64,000 nucleotides of DNA, taken from assembly GCA_002269645.1 (NCBI GenBank), contig NIVC01002311.1, positions 93,672 through 157,671 of the forward strand, given 5' to 3'. Made by a program: the position numbers and the translations under genes. The stretch's first letter is position 1. The number at the start of each line of letters is the position of its first letter. The notes under the pieces were generated by a model. The model was not told the origin of the DNA. It made no database searches and was given only the letters and a program-made list of their open reading frames with translations. This DNA is from Macrostomum lignano (lineage: Eukaryota). Below, in pieces: positions 49,327-62,227 of the stretch.

Positions 49327-50830
49327 GCAGCGGCACTGAAGGATCAGCAGGGGGACAGCAGCACTGCAGGATCAGGGGGGACAGCATTGAAGGATCAGGG
49401 GGGACAGCAGCACTGAAGGATCAGCAGGGGGGGACAGCAGCACTGCAGGATCAAGGGGGACAGCATTGAAGGATCAGGGGGGACAGCAGCACTGAAGGAT
49501 CAGCAGGGGGGGGACAGCAGCACTGCAGGATCAGGGGGGACAGCATTGAAGGATCAGGGGGGACAGCAGCACTGAAGGATCAGCAGGGGGGACAGCAGCA
49601 CTGCAGGATCAGGGGGGACAGCATTGAAGGATCAGGGGGGACAGCATTGAAGGATCAGGAGGGACAGCAGCACTGAAGGATCAGGGGGGACAGCAGCACT
49701 GAAGGATCAGGGGACAGCACTGAAGGATCAGGGGGACAGCAGCACTGAAGGATCAGGGGGGACAGCAGCACTGAAGGATCAGGGGGGACAGCACTGAAGG
49801 ATCAGGGGGGACAGCAGCACTGAAGGATCAGGGGACAGCACTGAAGGATCAGGGGGGACAGCATTGAAGGATCAGGGGGACAGCAGCACTGAAGGATCAG
49901 GGGGGACAGCAGCACTGAAGGATCAGGGGGGACAGCTCTGAAGGATCAGGGGGGACAGCATTGAAGGATCAGGGGGGACAGCATTGAAGGATCAGGGGGG
50001 ACAGCATTGAAGGATCAGGGGGGACAGCACTGAAGGATCAGGGGGGACAGCATTGAAGGATCAGGGGGGACAGCATTGAAGGATCAGGGGGGACAGCACT
50101 GAAGGATCAGGGGGGGGACAGCATTGAAGGATCAGGGGGGGACAGCACTGAAGGATCAGGGGGGACAGCAGCACTGAAGGATCAGGGGACAGCACTGAAG
50201 GATCAGGGGGGACAGCATTGAAGTATCAGGGGGGACAGCACTGAAGGATCAGGGGGGACAGCATCACTGAAGGATCAGGGGGACAGCAGCACTGAAGGAT
50301 CAGGGGGGACAGCAGCACTGAAGGATCAGGGGGGACAGCAGCACTGAAGGATCAGGGGGGACAGCACTGAAGGATCAAGGGGGGCAGCACTGAAGGATCA
50401 GGGGGGACAGCACTGAAGGATCAGGGGACAGCAGCACTGAAGGATCAGGGGGGACAGCAGCACTGAAGGATCAGGGGGGACAGAAGCACTGAAGGATCAG
50501 GGGGGGACAGCACTGAAGGATCAGGGGGGACAGCACTGAAGGATCAGGGGGGACAGCAGCACTGAAGGATCAGGGGGGGGGACAGCAGCACTGCAGGATC
50601 AGGGGGGACAGCACTGAAGGATCAGGGGGGCAGCACTGAAGGATCAGGGGACAGCAGCACTGAAAGATCAGGGGACAGCAGCACTGAAGGATCAGGGGGG
50701 ACAGCAGCACTGAAGGATCAGGGGGGACAGCAGCACTGAAGGATCAGGGGGGACAGCAGCACTGAAGGATCAGGGGGGACAACAGCACTGAGGATCAGGG
50801 GGCAGCACTGAAGGATCAGGGAACAGCAGC
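49327..50830 (+). repeat. Satellite A' array, copy 2
   Basis: Seen directly. Confidence 0.95.
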
Positions 50831-51234
50831 AGCCACACATTAAAGGTCACCAAGTGCAGAAAAATATCACAGCTTGGCCCACAGCAAATATGCAATCTAC
50901 AGAAGGCATTTTCACTCAGAAAAAGCTGATCCCAATGCAGTCAATAGAATTAATAAAAAAACCGGCAGCCACAGGGTTGCGAACTGAGTTCCATCATTCT
51001 AAAAATATCTGATCTGCCTGATGCAAATTATCTGGGAATATATTCCATCAATCTGCAAGTTTTTCATTAGCTGCCCCATGTACACTGGATTTTTTAGAGC
51101 GGTGAAAACATGGAGACGTCATCCATCACGAGTTGCTGCAATATTTGCTAGCAAAGTTCAGCTGACTTTAGCAGCTCACAACACAGGGTCGTTCTGGATA
51201 GAGTCAACAACAGTAGGATTTGGAATTTCCTTAA

Positions 51235-52812
51235 AATCACAGGGAATTATGAACACACACACAAATCACAGGGAATTATGAGCACACACACAAATCACAG
51301 GGAATTATGAGCGCACACACAAATCACAGGGAATTATGAGCACACACACAGATCACAGGGAATTATGAGCACACACACAAATCACAGGGAATTATGAGTG
51401 CACACACAAATCACAGGGAATTATGAGCACACACACAGATCACAGGGAATTATGAGCACACACACAGATCACAGGGAATTATGAGCACACACACAGATCA
51501 CAGGGAATTATGAGCACACACACAAATCACAGGGAATTATGAGCACACACACAGATCACAGGGAATTATGAGCACACACACAAATCACAGGGAATTATGA
51601 GCACACACAAATCACATGGAATTATGAGCACACACACAAATCACAGGGAATTATGAGCACACACACAGATCACAGGGAATTATGAGCACACACACAAATC
51701 ACAGGGAATTATGAGCACACACAAATCACATGGAATTATGAGCACAAACACAAATCACGGGGAATTATGAGCACACACACAAATCACGGGGAATTATGAG
51801 CACACACACAGATCACAGGGAATTATGAGCACACACACAAATCACAGGGAATTATGAGCACACACAAATCACATGGAATTATGAGCACAAACACAAATCA
51901 CAGGGAATTATGAGCACACACAGATCACAGGGAATTATGAGCACAAACACAAATCACATGGAATTATGAGCACACACACAAATCACATGGAATTATGAGC
52001 ACACACACAAATCACATGGAATTATGAGCACACACACAAATCACAAAGAATTATGAGCACACACACAAATCACATGGAATTATGAGCACACACACAAATC
52101 ACATGGAATTATGAGCACACACACAAATCACATGGAATTATGAGCACACACACAAATCACATGGAATTATGAGCACACACACAGATCACAGGGAATTATG
52201 AGCACACACACAAATCACAAAGAATTATGAGCACACACACAAATCACATGGAATTATGAGCACACACACAAATCACAAAGAATTATGAGCACACACAGAT
52301 CACAGGGAATTATGAGCACACACACAGATCACAGGGAATTATGAGCACACACACAAATCACAGGGAATTATGAGCACACACAAATCACATGGAATTATGA
52401 GCACAAACACAAATCACAGGGAATTATGAGCACACACAGATCACAGGGAATTATGAGCACAAACACAAATAACATGGAATTATGAGCACACACACAAATC
52501 ACAGGGAATTATGAGCACACACAGATCACAGGGAATTATGAGCACACACACAGATCACAGGGAATTATGAGCACACACACAGATCACAGGGAATTATGAG
52601 CACACACAGATCACAGGGAATTATGAGCACAAACACAAATCACAGGGAATTATGAGCACACACAAATCACAGGGAATTATGAGCACACACAGATCACAGG
52701 GAATTATGAGCACACACACAGATCACAGGGAATTATGAGCGCACACACAGATCACAGGGAATTATGAGCACACACACAGATCACAGGGAATTATGAGCAC
52801 ACACGAATCACA
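51235..52812. repeat. 27-29-nt minisatellite aaatcacagggaattatgagcacacacac
   Basis: Seen directly. Confidence 0.97.
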
Positions 52813-53261
52813 GGTAAAAACGTCACAAAGAACTATTTTAACACACGCAGCTTCTAGTATCAATGTGAAAATGAAGATTAAATTTTTAATTCAGGTAATT
52901 TGACGCACTCATCTCTGCCAGAGTGAGAATTCTGCTGTCAAAATTATGATCAAAGGTCCAACAGCGACAGTCGGAACTTTTGTGCGTGGGTGTAGTGGCT
53001 GATTTACGTAATAAGAGTACTTCGGTCCCTTTGCTCAAATTTGCTTTTCATTATCACCGCTTGATGCTCACTTTGAGCTACATGTAGTTTGAATCACGAA
53101 GGCCATCCTATAAGCTTAGCTATATAAAGCATTATCGTTTGTTCAACGACGGCGATTCACAAACCCCAGCAACTCTATCAAGTGAGTAACTGTGGATTTA
53201 AATACCTGCTACACTTCTGAGAGCTGGTTTCAATCCAGTGCAATATTAGGGCTACTGGAGT

Positions 53262-53850
53262 GGGTGTCAGGAAGATCGGGGTGTCAGGGAGAGTGGGGTG
53301 TTACAGAGAGTGTGGTGTCAGGGAGAGTGGGTGTAAGGGAGAGTGGGTGTAAGGGAGAGTGGGTGTAAGGGAGAGTGGGTGTAAGGGAGAGTGGGTGTAA
53401 GGGAGAGTGGGTGTAAGGGAGAGTGGGTGTTACAGAGAGTGTGGTGTCAGGGAGAGTGGGTGTAAGGGAGAGTGGGTGTAAGGGAGAGTGGGTGTAAGGG
53501 AGAGTGGGTGTAAGGGAGAGTGGGTGTCAGGGAGAGTGGGTGTAAGGGAGAGTGGGTGTAAGGGAGAGTGGGTGTAAGGGAGAGTGGGTGTCAGGGAGAG
53601 TGGGTGTCAGGGAGAGTGGGTGTAAGGGAGAGTGGGTGTAAGGGAGAGTGGGTGTAAGGGAGAGTGGGTGTAAGGGAGAGTGGGTGTCAGGGAGAGTGGG
53701 TGTAACGGAGAGTGGGGTGTCAGAGAGAGCAGGGTGTCAGGGAGAGTGGGGTGTCAGAGAGAGCAGGGGTGTCAGGGAGAGTGGGGGGTATCAGGAAGAG
53801 TGGGTGTCAGGGAGAGTGGTGTCAGGAAGAGCCGAGTGTCAGGGTGTCAG
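53262..53850. repeat. G-rich 16-17-nt repeat gggagagtgggtgtaa; a related array lies at 55400-55850
   Basis: Seen directly. Confidence 0.93.
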
Positions 53851-54005
53851 GTAGATAGAAATAACAAAGTCAATGAACAGGGCATTCAAAAAGAGAATTT
53901 CATTATTCCGCTAGCATCAGAAAACATAGCGTCCAAAGTCCACGCTAAGCGTATACTTATCGGTAAGAGAATACATCAAAATGCAGTCAAATGCCAGTTC
54001 ATTAG

Positions 54006-57000
54006 TTAGACCCGATTGTCCTGGGCGGTGCTCAACCAGGATTCGTCAATCGCGCACACGCATCGCATGAACATCTTGGAAGACTCGTGCACCTCCTGGA
54101 ACAGTACAGTCGGAGGCAGCTCCCTGGCCAGCACGCTGCTGGGATGGATGTACAGGTCACCTGCCAGGCTGCGGCAGCGATAGACGCGTGGCTTGTCCGG
54201 GATTTTGCTGGCCACCTGCGAGTGCGGACAGTGGCGAATGCGGTGCTGTGATCTGTATAAACTGGATGCTGTGATCTGTATAAACTGGATGCTGTAATCT
54301 GTATAAAATGGATGCTGTAATTTGTATAAACTGGATGCTGTAATCTGTATAAACTGGGTGCTGTAATCTGTATAAACTGGGTGCTTAATCAGTATAAACT
54401 GGGTGCTGTAATCTGTATAAACTGGGTGCTGTAATCTGTATAAACTGGATGCTGTAATCTGTATAAACTGGATGCTGTAATCTGTATAAAATGGATGCTG
54501 TAATTTGTATAAACTGGATGCTGTAATCTGTATAAACTGGGTGCTGTAATCTGTATAAACTGGGTGCTTAATCAGTATAAACTGGGTGCTGTATTCAGAA
54601 ATTCACAAACCTGATCGGGCATCACCGATGCCAGCAGACGACGCATCTGCAGTGACACCCGCTCTGGAGGAGGCGGCAGCGCCGGATCCAGGAACACCTT
54701 CAACAAAGCCGATGAGGCGTAATCGAAGTTGTTTTATAGTAGACTAAATGAATGCAATGACTGCCGATATGTATCGAAATATCTGTACATATTCGATACA
54801 ATCGAATAATACAACTAGACGATAGTACATAAAGTCGTCTAAAATAAGTAGCTCGTAATCAATCACTCTGCTGATATGTATCGTAGTAGACTTTAATATG
54901 CGCGTACAAGAATTTAATTACCTACTGCAAGTAGATGATAGTATATTAAATCGTCAAAAATAAGTGACTGGCTAGATTACCGATATGTATCGTAATAAAC
55001 GTAAATTAGTTATTAGTAGAAGTAGAAGTAGTTGCTGATGTAATGAAGGGTCAAAACTAAGTGGCTGGCCACTCTACCGATATGTATCGTAATAAACTTT
55101 ACAACAGACAAACCTGACGCCTGACAAACAGTCTGCCGGCAATATCGGTGAGGTGTCGCCGCAGCTTCCTGACCTCCCCAATAGCCCGATGACGAACGCC
55201 CAGCTGTCCGAGCTGCTCAACCAGCTCAGTCTCGGTGCGACCCCGCTGCCCCAGCTGGCGCTCGTACCAGGCGGCCACGCCGATCAGGGACATGGGATCT
55301 CCCAACAGTAGAGCCTGACCTGCGCGCGCAAAACTTCGTCGAAACGCTTTGGCGCGCTGTTTGCGTTCGACGCTGCTGTCTGTGAAATAGAAGTGATATG
55401 GGGTGTCAGGAGAGTGAGGGATCAGAGAGAGTGGGGTGTCAGGGAGAGTGGTGTCAGAGAGAGTGGTGTGTCAGACAGAGTGGGGTGTCAGACAGAGTGG
55501 TGTGTCAGACAGAGTGGTGTGTCAGACAGAGTGGGGTGTCAGACAGAGTGGGGTGTCAGACAGAGTGGGGTGTCAGACAGAGTGGGGTGTCAGAGAGAGC
55601 GGGGTGTCAGAGAGAGCAGGGTGTCAAGGAGAGTGGGGTGTCAGAGAGAGCAGGGTGTCAAGGAGAGTGGGGTGTCAGAGAGAGCAGGGTGTCAGGGAGA
55701 GTGGGGTGTCAGAGAGAGTGAGGTGTCAGACAGAGTGGGGCGTCAGAGAGAGTGGGTGTCAGAGGGAGTGGGGTGTCAGAGGGAGTGGGGTGTCAGAGAG
55801 AGTGGGGTGTCAGAGGGAGTGGGGTGTCAGAGAGAGAGTGAGGTGTCAGGCAGTGGTGCAGCCGGGATCTCACCGTCATTGCCCCGATTGTCGTCGCCAG
55901 CTGAGCTGGCGGCGGACTCTTCCACGAATATCTCTGGCACCGACAGGCAGGCCACAAGCAGGATGACGTACGGTATGAGCTCCTCCTGCTGCTCGCAGAC
56001 AACTAGCATTTTGGCGAATCGTGCAGCCACAGGGAACTGGCGCATCAAAGCGCCTTGAGGCGTCAATCGTTTGCGCGAGTCCAGAGCCCCGAGCTTGACA
56101 AGGCGCGCCTCGGAAGCTGCGACAGCCTCGCCATCTGGCGCATTTGGGAACGGGAAATGAAGCACATCATTGACGTACAGTTTGGCTAAGAGGACAACTT
56201 CGTCAACTGGTTTAGTGAGCAGTTCGGGCTCGGCGAAGTCCTTGAAACTGTCGGTAAACACCTGGAATGGAATGCATTTATTGCGTGCTTTTGTTTATAA
56301 ACTGTCGTTTTTATTGATAGCATAAAAATAATATAAAATCAATCTGATTCTGACTCTGATCAAGCAGGGTGTACAGCGGCCCTGACTGACTCTGATCACA
56401 CAGGGTGTACAGCGGCTCTGACTGACTCTGATCAAGCAGGGTGTACAGCGGCCCTGACTGACTCTGATCACACAGGGTGTACAGCGGCCCTGACTGACAC
56501 TGATCACACAGGGTGTACAGCGGCCCTGACTGACACTGATCACACAGGGTGTACAGCGGCCCTGACTGACTCTGATCACACAGGGTGTACAGCGGCCCTG
56601 ACTGACACTGATCACACAGGGTGTACAGCGGCCCTGACTGACACTGATCACACAGGGTGTACAGCGGCCCTGACTGACACTGATCACACAGGGTGTACAG
56701 CGGCCCTGACTGACACTGATCACACAGGGTGTACAGCGGCCCTGACTGACACAGATCACACAGGGTGTACAGCGGCCCTGACTGACTCTGATCACACGGG
56801 GTGTACAAGACTGACTCTGATCACACGGGGTGTACACGACTGACTCTGATCACACAGGGTGTACAGCGGCCCTGACTGAATTTCTAATCATCAGCCATGT
56901 ACACTCTCTGCGCCTTGGGTGTTGGCTCTTACTAAAGCATTGAAGCACATTACGTACCTGAGACCGTAGCCTAGTGGCCCAGAGCTGCGCTCTGATGTGC

Positions 57001-60000
57001 CAGCGGCCCAGGCTCGATTCCAAGTGCAGTCACATTAATTTGGGGCTAAATTAGAATCTCGGCTTGGCTCTGCTCGTGCAATAAACGCCCAGCTTGAGGG
57101 CCAACCCGACCCCCAAAGCACAGTGAACAGAGTGAAGTGCACAAGCCTGATGATGAGGTAAAAAGGTAGAAGTAAAAAGGTACCTGCGAAGAGTACAGCC
57201 GGTAGCAGTGTCCGGGTCCCAGCCGGCCAGCTCGGCCAGCCCGCTGCTCGGCCGAAGCCTTGCTAGTCCAGGTGACAACAAAGGTCGACACGCCGGTGAC
57301 CTTGTCGTAGACTTTAGTCTTCACCCGGCCGGTGTCCACAACGTACCGGACGCAGGGAATCGTGATGGACGTCTCGGCCACGTTAGTCGCTACGACAATC
57401 ATTCGGTGACCGTTGGGCGGTTCGCGAAACGCCGCTGCCTGACGCTCCGGCGGCATCAGCGAGTACAGTCCGACTACGTGCACCGGGCCGGAGCTGCCGA
57501 CCTGTCGCTTCGTTGGCTCGTCGCCGATTTCGTCAGTCAGACGGAAGCCTTCGACGTCGGCATCGACTTCGACGTTGCCATCATCGTCGTCGTCGTCAGC
57601 CTGAAGGCGACCGTCCCGACGAAGTTCTGCATCGATTGGAGCTTCGTGTAGCTCGGCGTCCTCGTCAGCTGGCACGGCCGAGTAGTTGTCGAGGCAGATA
57701 TCCAGACGGCGGTCTTCGGCTTCGGCTTCGCTGGTTGAAGAAGATGTCGTTGTTGTTGACTTCGACTTGCGGAAAGCGCGACGCAGCCAAGAGCACAGAG
57801 TCACCACCTTGGTGGGATTGCAGGTGCCAGATTAATTTAAAACCTAGATTTGAAGGCCGATTCTGGATTAATTTAAAATCTGGATTTGAAGGTCGACTTT
57901 GGATTAATTTAAAATCTGGATTTGAAGGCCGATTTTGATTATTTTAAAATCTGGATTTGAAGGCCGATTCTGGATTAATTTAAAACCTGGATTTGAAGGC
58001 CGGCTTTGGATTAATTTAAAATCTGGATTTGAAGGTCGACTTTGGATTAATTTAAAACCTGGATTTGAAGGCCGATTTTGATTATTTTAAAATCTGGATT
58101 TGAAGGCCGATTTGTATTATTTTAAAATCTGGATTTGAAGGCCGATTTTGGATTACTTTGAAAATCTGGATTTGAAGGCCGAGTTTGATTCATCTTACGA
58201 CTGGATTTAAAGGCACTATTTTACGAGTAAATTTAAATCTTATATTTACCTCCTGAGCGCCAGTAACAAAGACCAGAACTCCACCTGGCGGTAGTGAGGT
58301 GTGCAATCGGCACACCTTAGCGTACGCGGCCTTCAAATAATCGTCCTCAGTTCGTCTGTTAAAGTGCACAGTCACTGGGTACTGCCTGGCATCAATGCGA
58401 ACTAGCGGTGGCTTCGCAGCGCTGGGAAACAGCCGCTCATTGGCTAGGAAGTCTTGCACGCGAAGAGTGGCCGACATAATAATTAGTTTCAACGGGTGGC
58501 CAAGACGGCGCCGCCGACAGACGACACGGCTGAGCAGGCCGATGAGAATGTCGGTGTAGATGGTCCGCTCGTGCGCTTCGTCGATTACAACTGCAGAATA
58601 GTTGCGCAACAATACGTCGGATTCGAGCTGGGGAGTAAAGCGTTATTGTTATGGCGATTTTTATAGGGATTCATATACGACCAACTTTAGCTACAGCAAT
58701 TCTTAAACGATTCTTAGAAACCATTTCAGAACGATTCTTAGAAACATTTTCCGAGCGATTCTTAGAAACTATTTCAGAAAGATTCTTTGAAACAATTTTA
58801 AAAAGATTCTTAGAAACCGTTTCCCGGTGATTCTTAGAAACCGTTTCCGGATGATTCTTAGAAACCGTTTCCCGGTGATTCTTAGAAACCGTTTCCGGAT
58901 GATTCTTAGAAACCGTTTCCGAGAGATTATTAGAAACAATTTACGAGCGATTCTTAGAAATCGCTCTCGGAAACGATTCTTAGAAATCGTTTCCGAGAGA
59001 CTCTTAGAAACCGTTTCCGAGCGATTCTTAGAAACCGTTTTCGAGCGATTCTTAGAAACCGTTTCCAAGCGATTCTTAGAAACCGTTTCCGAGCGATTCT
59101 TAGAAACCGTTTCCGAGCGATTCTTAGAAACCGTTTTCGAGCGATTCTTAGAAACCGTTTCCGAGCGATTCTTAGAAACCGTTCCAGAACAGTTTCCTGA
59201 GTGTGCATCGCCAATTCTCGTGCACACAAGCCCCAAAACAAAATGAACCAGGGATCGCGGCCCAAGGGTCTGACGAGCTCCCCGTCCACATAAACCACAA
59301 GTGAGTACCTGTTAATAAAAAATAATTGATTACACCAGCCCCAACTGGACCAGGTGTGCAACCACAGCTCAGCCGCAGCTATTGCGCGGCGCATCTGAAG
59401 GCTGCGTACGGCTGTCCAGTCCAAGGACTGAGGGGTCGCCACACACACTCTCAATTACCCCAGCTAATGCTGGCACCCATTTTACAGCTGGGTGAACTGA
59501 AGCAATGCAGAGTTAAGTGTCTTAAAAATCTTGCAATTAAGGACACAAATTGTTCCACTGAGATCGGGAATCGAACCCCCGACCTTTAAGTTTTGAGTCC
59601 ACTGTTTATAAGGCCAATGTAATTAAACTAAGATTTAAAACAACAAACTACAGACACAACCAACCTCCTTAAGCAGCACTCCATCCGTCACAAATTTAAT
59701 AACAGTATCCTCGGTCACATTGCCCTGATAGCGAATCTGATAGGCCACCCGATTTCGGCCAAGACCGAGCTCCTGTCCGACTCGCTCGGACATTGCTATG
59801 GCGGCAACACGCCGAGGCTCGGTTACAACAACCCGTCTACCGTCTAAGGCGTAACCAGCCTCGTAGAGAAACTGCGGCACTTGAGTAGTCTTGCCGCTAC
59901 CTGTCTGACCGCAAATTAGCACAACATCATTGCCGGACACCGCCTCCATGATGCTGTGCTCTTCGGACAGTATGGGCAGCTCCAGTCTACGCTGCTGTAC

Positions 60001-61508
60001 AGCCTTCGATCTGCGCACCTGAACAAATGTTGCCGGTCGGTGTTCTTTTATTGCTGTTTCTGCTTCTGCTTCCGCTGTTGCTTTTGATTCGTCATTAGTT
60101 TGAGCATCAACAGTGATAGATGCTGAGGCTGGAGCGTCATCGTGCTCAAGCTCAGATTCAGACTCGCTACTGCTCACGGTAATGTCAGACGTGTCCGTGC
60201 TACTGTCACTGTCTTTAACTAGCTGCTGCTTTTGCTGTTGCCAACCTTTTAATAGAGGCTTTATTGAAGCGTCAGTGTTGGCGTCTGGTTCAGTGTTGTC
60301 TCCTGGGGATTTCTTCTTATCTGACGGCTTAGCTCGTTTGCTGTTTAAAAATATATGGATTAGCGATTGTAAGAAGGATAGATGTGGATTTTAAATCAAT
60401 CTCAAGATTCTTCTCATGTGAGATTCAAGGGGATCAAACTCAAGTACTAGATTCTTCCCATGTGGGATTCTTGGGGATCAAACTCAAGTACTAGATTCTT
60501 CCCATGTGGGATTCTTGGGGATCAAGCTATAGATTCTTCCAATGTAGGATTCTATGGGATCAAACTCAAGTTCTTGATTCTTCCCATGTGAGAATCTCTG
60601 GGATCAAACTCAAGTTCTTGATTTTTCCCATGGGGATTCTAGAGGACAAACTCAAGATTGTTTCCATGTGGGATTCTAGGGATCAAACTCAAGATTGTTT
60701 CCATGTGGGATTCTAGGGGATCAAACTCAAGATTGTTCCATGTGGGATTCTAGGGGATCAAACTCAAGATTGTTTCCATGTGGGATTCTAGAGGACCAAG
60801 CTTAAGATTCTTCCCAAGTGTGATTCTAGGGGATCAAACTCAAGATTCTTCCCATGTGTGATTCTAGAGGACCAAGCTCAAGATTCTTCCCATGTGGGAT
60901 TCTAGAGGCGAGGAAGCCCACAAGACTCAAGATTCTTCCCATGCGGGATTTAAGAGGATAAATGGCGCTTCTAAACTTCAAGTACCTTCCTACCTGACTA
61001 CGCCGTGGATTGCAGCCGAGGGCAACAGGTGCGCCGTAGCGGTGGCTTCGCCCTCCTCCCTAGGGAACTGATACTGCCGCAGCTCTTCCCACAGTTGCGA
61101 TCGAGTCTTGGCGCTCTCCTTCTTCCTCACGATTCTCTCCAATTCCTTGCGCTTCTTTTTTGTCAACAAGTCGGACTGCAGCTCCCGTTTCAGGCGTTTC
61201 AATTTCAACCGTTTGCGTCGCTTTTTCGACTCCTCGTCATCTTCGCCATTGTCGTCGTCGTCGTCGTCGTCGCTTTGATCGTCGGTAGGTCGACGTTTTC
61301 GCCGACGCATGCCGGGCAAAGCCAGAGCATTCGAAGCGTCGAATTTCTCTTTGGCGCTAAACAGGGCATTCGTGTCGATAACGACATCAGTTGTGACTGG
61401 CGCCGCCGCTGCCAAGGACGACCCGTCCTTGACTGTCTTCGCTTTCTGCCTTTTAATTCCTCTTGATCCGCCTTTCATAATTTGATGCCTGTCTGGTTCC
61501 GTTGGCAT
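54006..61508 (-). CDS. DHX37: DEAH-box RNA helicase DHX37/Dhr1; complement(join(61508-60994,60340-59665,58627-58250,57807-57184,56261-55874,55379-55114,54697-54611,54215-54006)), 3144 nt, 1047 aa
   Basis: All junctions are GT-AG with consistent phase. Motifs [116 protein letters not shown]. The start codon could instead be the M at 61478. Confidence 0.93.
54248..54595. repeat. 23-nt minisatellite ctgtataaactggatgctgtaat (DHX37 intron 7)
   Basis: Seen directly. Confidence 0.95.
55400..55850. repeat. G-rich cagagagtggggtgt repeat (DHX37 intron 5)
   Basis: Seen directly. Confidence 0.93.
56345..56878. repeat. 36-nt minisatellite (DHX37 intron 4)
   Basis: ctgatcacacagggtgtacagcggccctgactgaca units. 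Confidence 0.95.
56966..57130 (+). mobile_element. tRNA-derived SINE (family 2), 5' part
   Basis: gtagcctagtgg ... ggctcgattccaagtgcag..cattaatttggggct is homologous to the reverse complement of 13460-13605. Confidence 0.75.
57830..58210. repeat. 36-nt minisatellite (DHX37 intron 3)
   Basis: atttaaaatctggatttgaaggccgattttggatta units. Confidence 0.93.
58705..59185. repeat. 24-nt minisatellite cgattcttagaaaccgtttccgag (DHX37 intron 2)
   Basis: Seen directly. Confidence 0.95.
59210..59605 (-). mobile_element. CORE-like tRNA SINE (family 1)
   Basis: B-box ggttcgattccc (59577-59566) followed by a MIR-CORE-like block; second copy at 35335-35480. The 3' boundary is approximate. Confidence 0.75.
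60395..60960. repeat. About 37-nt degenerate minisatellite (DHX37 intron 1)
   Basis: ttcccatgtgggattctaggggatcaaactcaagatt units. Confidence 0.9.
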
Positions 61509-61536
61509 GCATTAAGCGGCAAAACCAATAGAATAA

Positions 61537-61722
61537 GGTGACTCACCTAGCGGAAAAATGACTCACCTAGCGGGAGAATGTGACACCTATAGGAAAAAGG
61601 ACTCACCTGGAGGGATAAGGTGACTCACTACAGGGAAAAGGTGACTCACCCAGAGGGAAAGGTGACTCAGACTTAGAGGGTAACAGTGACTCACATAACT
61701 GGAAAGTGTGACTCACCTAGAG
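61537..61722 (-). repeat. Short array of Y-tract+AG|GTGAGTC modules upstream of DHX37
   Basis: gactcacct motif repeated on the plus strand. Confidence 0.85.
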
Positions 61723-62044
61723 GGAAAAACAAAAAAGTTAATTAGAAATGAATACTTAAAGTAAATTCACATTTTTATTTATTTGTATTTACTATATACA
61801 AAAAACTGTTTATTTGTAATGAAATTGCAGACTTTCACGCCGCTTATATTCACGATAAAATGCAGGACAACAACAAAAAGCATAATAGTTACTTGTGCTT
61901 TTACAACTAAGTACTCTTAGATGTATTTAATTAGAAAAAAATATTATAGTAACAATTGATACTTACACTTAAAGATTATTTGGCAGGTAAAATATTGAAG
62001 GAATAATGAAATTTAGGGGGAATTATGAATAGCTGAGTGTCTAG

Positions 62045-62150
62045 GAAAGGAATTGGGGATATCCGAGTGTCTTGGGAGGGGATTAGGGATATCCGAGTGT
62101 CTTGGGAGGGGATTAGGGATATCCGAGTGTCTTGGGAGGGGATTAAGGAA
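62045..62150. repeat. 30-nt tandem repeat x3
   Basis: ggatatccgagtgtcttgggaggggattag units. Confidence 0.9.
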
Positions 62151-62227
62151 ACTTGACCCCAGACAGGGAAAAGGTGCACTTGTAGGTCAACAAACTGCAT
62201 ACATTCCAGAACACTTTCTCCGACCAG

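Larger units (their letters stand above)
43180..50830 (+). mobile_element. Penelope-like retroelement (Neptune-like) with long direct repeats (about 43180-44885 and 48420-50830)
   Basis: RT plus GIY-YIG ORF with no LTR-type integrase or APE domain. Each flank is satellite B + ~415-bp unique block + satellite A'. Whether the repeats belong to the element or are duplicated host DNA is inference. Confidence 0.8.

Noticed and set aside
43180-50830. LTR retrotransposon interpretation of the direct repeats
   Set aside because: No TG..CA ends, PBS, PPT, protease, RNase H or integrase were seen. The RT and GIY-YIG motifs are of Penelope type.
56966-57030. tRNA gene calls at the SINE heads (also 59560-59605)
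   Set aside because: No cloverleaf can be completed, and the boxes continue into shared SINE bodies.
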